From Leptogorgia sarmentosa (Eukaryota): a stretch of DNA of 64,000 bases. The notes under the pieces are model-generated. The model worked only from the letters and a program-made list of their open reading frames with translations, made no database searches and had not been told where the DNA came from. The stretch spans positions 12,400,001-12,464,000 of the forward strand of contig OZ210885.1 in NCBI GenBank assembly GCA_964658305.1, read 5' to 3'. Below, one piece after another: positions 58,994 through 64,000 of this stretch. The translations under genes were made by a program, and so were the position numbers. Every line of letters starts with the position of its first letter. The stretch's first letter is position 1.

Positions 58994-59349
58994 ACGTTGA
59001 CAACTCCCTGTTGATTTCAGAAGCTTGCCTTTGAATTTTATTACCTAATTTACCTTTGCTATTCTTTACTAATTCAGTTCATATTGCAAAATGATTAATA
59101 TTGAAATTATGTCCTTGTTTTCTTTCTTTGACAAACGATTACTTCCTGACTTTAGAAGAAGCATATTTCAATTAAGTGGAATTGATGAGTCCCCGTTTCA
59201 AAGTCTTTCTTCTTTCCCAGAACAAATAGCTCGATTTTTTCACTTCAAGGTCAAGCACTTCTGGCCACGCTGTCTCTCGAAATTTTCTTCCAAATTCAAA
59301 TTAAAAATATTATCGTTATTTTCACATTCAGAGAAAAGATAAGTGTTTC

Positions 59350-59421
59350 TCCCATGCGGTCCAGTGGTCAGGATCTGGCGCTCTCACCGCCATGGCCCGG
59401 GTTCGATTCCCGGCATGGGAA
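59350..59421 (+). tRNA. tRNA-Glu(CTC)
   Basis: Fully paired; C at position 8. Confidence 0.82.
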
Positions 59422-59703
59422 TAATACTTGCGAGAGAAGGAAAAAATATGCAATTCGAGAAATTAGCAAAACCATTGCTATTATACTGGCTCTATCCCTC
59501 TTACCCATTCTTTTCGTGTTTTCTGTATTTGGGACTTTGTTGACATGATCTTGCTTTTCCACAAAAAAATTGATTTTGCTGATCATGTTTAAAGTGTAAC
59601 AATTTCCTAGAACTTACTCTGATTTATTATTTGAAGGTGTTTAGTGAAAATGTTCGGCATCTTGTGGAATATGAACATTATAACGAAAGAATCGGGCAAC
59701 TTT

Positions 59704-59774
59704 GCGTTGGTGGTTCAGTGGTAGAATTCTCGCCTGCCACGCGGGAGACCGGGGTTCGATTCCCCGCTAACGCA
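59704..59774 (+). tRNA. tRNA-Gly(GCC)
   Basis: Full cloverleaf. Confidence 0.92.
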
Positions 59775-59858
59775 GATTATTTTCATTTTGTTGCATTTCA
59801 ACTGCAGCACGAGAAACAAACTGGCTTTGTAACACAGGAATAGTCAACAAGTTATCAC

Positions 59859-59930
59859 TCCCATGTGGTCTAGTGGTTAGGATCTGGCGTTTTCACCGCC
59901 ATGGCCCAGGTTCAATTCCCGGCGTGGGAA
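59859..59930 (+). tRNA. tRNA-Glu(TTC)
   Basis: tggcg-tt-TTC-ac-cgcca; T-run follows. Confidence 0.8.
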
Positions 59931-60014
59931 TTTTTTCTGAAAATTTCAATTTGAAGCAGCTTGTGTTCACATTTTCAAACTCGTTCTCTGAAACCAAACC
60001 ATTTTAACAGCTAC

Positions 60015-60087
60015 GACCTAGCGGCGCAATTGGTAGCGCGTCTGACTCCAGATCAGAAGGTTAAGTGTTCAATTCACTTCAAGTACA
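60015..60087 (+). tRNA. tRNA-Trp(CCA), acceptor-stem mismatches (possible pseudogene)
   Basis: gacctag versus caagtac. Confidence 0.6.
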
Positions 60088-60413
60088 AGCACTTCTGGCC
60101 CCGCCATAACAGAGGAAAGTAAATTTAAATTAATTCTTTCTGATATCATCCTCTTTTAGCTAAAACGTTTCATACCCACAAACTATTTGTTTGTGCGTAT
60201 CGAGTTTTTTCATTGGTTTTTAAATTCTTCATATTTAATCTTCATAATTTTATTGGGAAAATGAACTTTTAACAGAATGTCCCTCTTTAGTAATTAATTT
60301 TACAAGCTCTCCTTCGCATTAATTTTGTTTTTGGATCAATTTGTTTCAATTAACTCTGCATTAAAAAAAGGATGCTGGAAGAAAGCATTTTAAAAATATT
60401 CAAATGTTAAAGC

Positions 60414-60485
60414 AGGTTCTGCCGAGAATTGAACTCGGATCGCTGGATTCAGAGTCCAAAGTGCTAACCATTACACCACAGAACC
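60414..60485 (-). tRNA. tRNA-Gln(CTG)
   Basis: ggttctg/cagaacc acceptor stem; ct-CTG-aa. Confidence 0.92.
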
Positions 60486-60607
60486 TTAACACGTTAATGT
60501 CAAAATTCCGAATTGTTTAACGATTCTTCCTTTCTTTGATACAGAAAGACATCTCTTTAAACGATGTAGGTGTTTATTAAAGAGATTTTATATTGTCACG
60601 AGTCAAG

Positions 60608-60689
60608 GGTAGCGTGGCCGAGTGGTCTAAGGCGCTGGTTTCAGGCACCAGTCATTTCGATGGCGTGGGTTCGAATCCCACCGCTGCCA
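60608..60689 (+). tRNA. tRNA-Leu(CAG)
   Basis: ctggt-tt-CAG-gc-accag; 82 nt, fully paired. Confidence 0.92.
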
Positions 60690-61403
60690 AATTTTCGTTG
60701 TTCTCTCAAGCTGTGGTTGATTCAGTTAATGTATATTTCACAATTGCAAGTTCACGTTTCTTATCCATTTTTTGGGAAAACTCATAATTTCATCCATAAC
60801 AGGGAAAAAAGTTAAATTAAGATTTTCTGATATCAACCTCTTTTACGTGTTGCCGGCGTTGGCACGATAGAGAATTAATCCCAGCAACAAAAGATTCCGG
60901 AATAATCCCACAAACTGATTTATAATAGAGTATTCCTTTAGTAATTAAATTGCTTGTTTTCAATCACGTGAATTTTTGCCGAAATGACGGGCAATTGAAC
61001 AACTTGTACACGATCTTTCTCAGTATTCAAATGCTTGTAGCAAGATAAAATGACGTCAACACATCTATCTAAGACTTAAAATGTCTCTAAATCTTAAAAT
61101 GTCTCCAATGGATCGATTTTCGCCCTACTTGCTTGTCAACTGAAATTCCAAATTTAAGCCATTGCAAACAACCTATTAACAAGTTCACCTTCACATTAAT
61201 TTTGTTCTTGGATCAATTTGTTTCAATTAACTCCGAACTGCCAAATGGATGGTGGAAGAGAAAGCTAATGCAATTCCCTGCATTATAAAAAAATCAAATG
61301 TAATGTCTAAAATATAGGCTCTGCCAGAGATGTTGCATTTCGATTTTAAATGCAACACGAGTTAAATCGTGGTTTTACAAAGAAATTATCAACAATTTAT
61401 CAC

Positions 61404-61469
61404 TCCCTTGTGGTCTTAGGATCTGGCGTTTTCACCACCATGGCCCGGGTTCAATTCCCGGCGTGGGAA
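61404..61469 (+). pseudogene. tRNA-Glu(TTC), D-loop deletion
   Basis: tggtc-ttaggat lacks the D loop. Confidence 0.7.
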
Positions 61470-61627
61470 TTTTTCCTCGAATATTTCAACTTGAAACAGT
61501 TTGTGCTCACATGTTCAAACTCGTTCTCCGCAACCAAACAACTTTAATATTTAATTAACAACAGAACTTCAACGGTGACGATGCCCGCAATGGTGATTTC
61601 AATACTTTCTGGTGCTTGAAACAGATG

Positions 61628-61696
61628 ACATGACCAGGATTCGACCAGGATTCGAACCTGGGTTATTGCAGCCACAACGCTAACCACTATACGATC
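61628..61696 (-). pseudogene. tRNA-His pseudogene
   Basis: Internal duplication gaccaggattc plus deletions. Confidence 0.6.
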
Positions 61697-61925
61697 CCAT
61701 ATCCATATTAATCCCATATTTTTCTTCGTCAGTAAAAAGTACATTCGAGAACATTTTGATACCATCAATGGCATGCTGGCCTGGTGGTAGGATTCTCCCG
61801 TGCAAGCCTTAGTTAATTAACCAAGTAAGATGTTCTCTTTTTTGAAAGGTTTCGCAAGTCCTTAGAAAACCCCGCGCAAAAAATTCGGTTACATTTACCA
61901 TCACGACGTCTAAACACACCAAACA

Positions 61926-61949
61926 CGTCCCTGGGTGGACTCGAACCAA

Positions 61950-61993
<44 letters not shown>

Positions 61994-61999
61994 AGAGAC
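61926..61999 (-). tRNA. tRNA-Asn(GTT)
   Basis: ct-GTT-aa; one T-stem mismatch. Confidence 0.85.
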
Positions 62000-62415
62000 C
62001 ACAGAGATGCACTCGTGAGTTTTCCAACGACCTCAAATATCACTCGTCCTTCGGAGTCGTCTAAGAAGTTGAAAACTTTGCTTTAAAAATTTTCTTAGTG
62101 GTAAATTTAAAAACAAGTAAAACTACAGTAAAATTTTCGTTTCTCGTATAAATTTACGAAGGATTTTCATTTATTTGATTTTGAAATTGCCCTGAAATTG
62201 ATAATAATGACATTAAAAAGAAATTACACTTGTTCTCGAAGTATTAATGATAAAAATTGCACGTGTGTTTGGCGAAATACCGCTAAACTTCCCACTCCTT
62301 ACAACAATTTTACAAAAAAAATGAGGACATTTATCCAAATTCAATATCACCAAGAATTTTTTTCAGGTTTTTTACTGAAATATTTCCAAGAAAAAATCTC
62401 TCCAATCAAAAAAGC

Positions 62416-62484
62416 CCGCCCAGGTTCGAACTGAAGACCTTGCGCGTGTTAAGCGCATGTGATAACCACTACACTACGGAAACT
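62416..62484 (-). pseudogene. tRNA-Val(AAC), 3' acceptor strand lost
   Basis: tt-AAC-ac. Confidence 0.7.
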
Positions 62485-62593
62485 GACCTATGCGCCAACA
62501 TGGAAACATATTTATTCAGTTTAATTAGTTTTTTTGGTTTTTATTGGAATTTTCCAGAGAAAATACATCTCTATTTAATAAAGCTCATATGTA

Positions 62594-62666
62594 TGTTTCC
62601 GCCAAGGTTCGAACTGGGGACCTTGCGCGTGTGAGGCGCACGTGATTACCACTACACTACAGAAAA
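62594..62666 (-). tRNA. tRNA-Val(CAC), variant
   Basis: ct-CAC-ac; G1 replaced. Confidence 0.68.
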
Positions 62667-63074
62667 TTAAGAAAAGAAAAGTAAGAAAATTACAAAACCG
62701 AGACAAAATTCTGGGGAAATGAATCGATGCAACAAAAAATATGACTGAAACAAATTCATGGCGATGCAGGTCCTAGCCAGATTTAAATTGGGGCCCTTGC
62801 AATGTGAGAAGCATGTAGTAACCAGTGCACTGCACGAAATGTATAGCAATCCCTCAATTTCACCCTCCCAAACACTAACAAGATAATACCAGGGGTCCAG
62901 TGTTCAAGTCTCTGATGAGGCTTTATTTTCTTCGAAAACTTTGAAGAACGTGGAAGACAAACTCCCAGATTGTACGAGTTTGTATTTGAATGAAAAATTG
63001 AAAACACGAGGTCCGTGAATGATTATAGCTGCGTTTGAAATAATATATACGTAATTAACCTGGTAGACTGCAAA

Positions 63075-63148
63075 GGGAGCGTAGCTCAGTAGTAGAGCAT
63101 TCGACTGCAGATCGAGAGGTCGCGGTGGTTCAAATCCGCCCGCTCCTT
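63075..63148 (+). tRNA. tRNA-Cys(GCA), variant (D-loop GG lost, 2-nt insertion)
   Basis: ct-GCA-ga. Confidence 0.62.
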
Positions 63149-63675
63149 CTTATCATACCTATAAACTGGAAAACGTTGAAGTTCTTTAAAGCGGCCTCAG
63201 GTGAAATATGCGACCCAAACGGTTAAGATGCATATGCTATATGGTTCGTGTTAAATATATCCACCAATTCTTTAAAACGATTATTCCTGCTATTAAATAC
63301 TAAAATATTTTGTCGGATTTTGCTGGCAGATTGAATATTTAATTAATAAAGGTTCAAATCCTGCCGACTACGTTATGCAAAGTCTTCAACATTTTGGCCT
63401 CGAATGTAAAGATGATTTTTTTGGGGAAAAAACTCGATGAGAGTAAGTTCTGTTCTCCGTGGTGGTGGCTGAGTGTCTAAAGTGACAGATTCAATGTACA
63501 AGTTTTCCATCTACAAAATCAACGGTAAGAAGTCGCGCCTTTTATTGTATTAAGGTTATGAAACATGGCAAGAAAAATTTGTATTTGAATGTAAAATTGA
63601 AAAAACAGAAGTCCGGGAATTGATTATAATTGCGTTTGAAAGTATATGTACGTAATTAACCTAGTAGAGAACACA

Positions 63676-63740
63676 GGGAGTGTAGCTCAGTGGTAGAGCA
63701 TTCGACTGCAGATCGAGAGGTCGGTGGTTCAAATCCGCCC
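63676..63740 (+). pseudogene. tRNA-Cys(GCA), 3' acceptor strand deleted
   Basis: Ends after the T arm. Confidence 0.72.
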
Positions 63741-63901
63741 ATTCAAATGCGACCCAAACGGTTGCGATGCAAATACTACGATTCGTGTTTAATCTATTCA
63801 CCAATACTTGAAAACGATTACTAAAATATTTTGTTGGATTTTACTGGCAGATTTGATGAAAGTTTATCCATTTCGAAGTGCAAGCGAAGTTCAATGGCAA
63901 C

Positions 63902-63983
63902 GTAGTCGTGGCCGAGTGCTTAAGGCGACAGACTTGAAATCTGTTGGGAAATTCCCGCGCAGGTTCAAATCCTGCCGACTACG
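63902..63983 (+). tRNA. tRNA-Ser(TGA), D-loop GG to GC
   Basis: acaga-ct-TGA-aa-tctgt. Confidence 0.75.
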
Positions 63984-64000
63984 GAAGAGCAAATTTCCAG

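Larger units (their letters stand above)
41829..63983. other. Large scrambled tRNA gene array (~60 genes, pseudogenes and fragments)
   Basis: Recurring spacer plus tRNA modules on both strands, e.g. Glu(CTC)-Gly-Glu(TTC)-Trp at 41.8-42.6 kb and 59.3-60.1 kb. Confidence 0.95.

Noticed and set aside
41759..63007. Many 60-110-aa ORFs recurring with similar sequences in the tRNA array
   Set aside because: They are translations of duplicated tRNA genes and spacers.

Overview
AT-rich, intron-rich animal nuclear DNA; the repeat families and short-exon gene style suggest a marine invertebrate, plausibly a cnidarian (inference only). There are three zones. (1) 1-20 kb: five in-phase exons of a + strand WD40-repeat gene. 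Its 9.4-kb intron holds a fold-back Penelope-like retroelement with two minimal hammerhead ribozymes, and that element is interrupted by a 3.15-kb CACTG-ended EnSpm/CACTA-type element carrying a decayed SAM/SAMD3-like gene. (2) 20-41 kb: a transposon graveyard with a DIRS/Ngaro-type tyrosine recombinase remnant, a near full-length LINE with nested insertions, a complete but frameshifted hAT element with 8-bp TSD, a ZNF862-like hAT remnant, and a degenerate multi-exon HOOK-family gene. (3) 41.8-64 kb: a dense, scrambled, both-strand array of roughly 60 tRNA genes, pseudogenes and fragments covering 12 isotypes. It includes two Thr-bodied tRNAs with a canonical-position 12-nt intron (one with an AGC anticodon) and TIR elements that carry their own tRNA-like cassette. 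All calls are from manual reading; no database search or covariance model was run.
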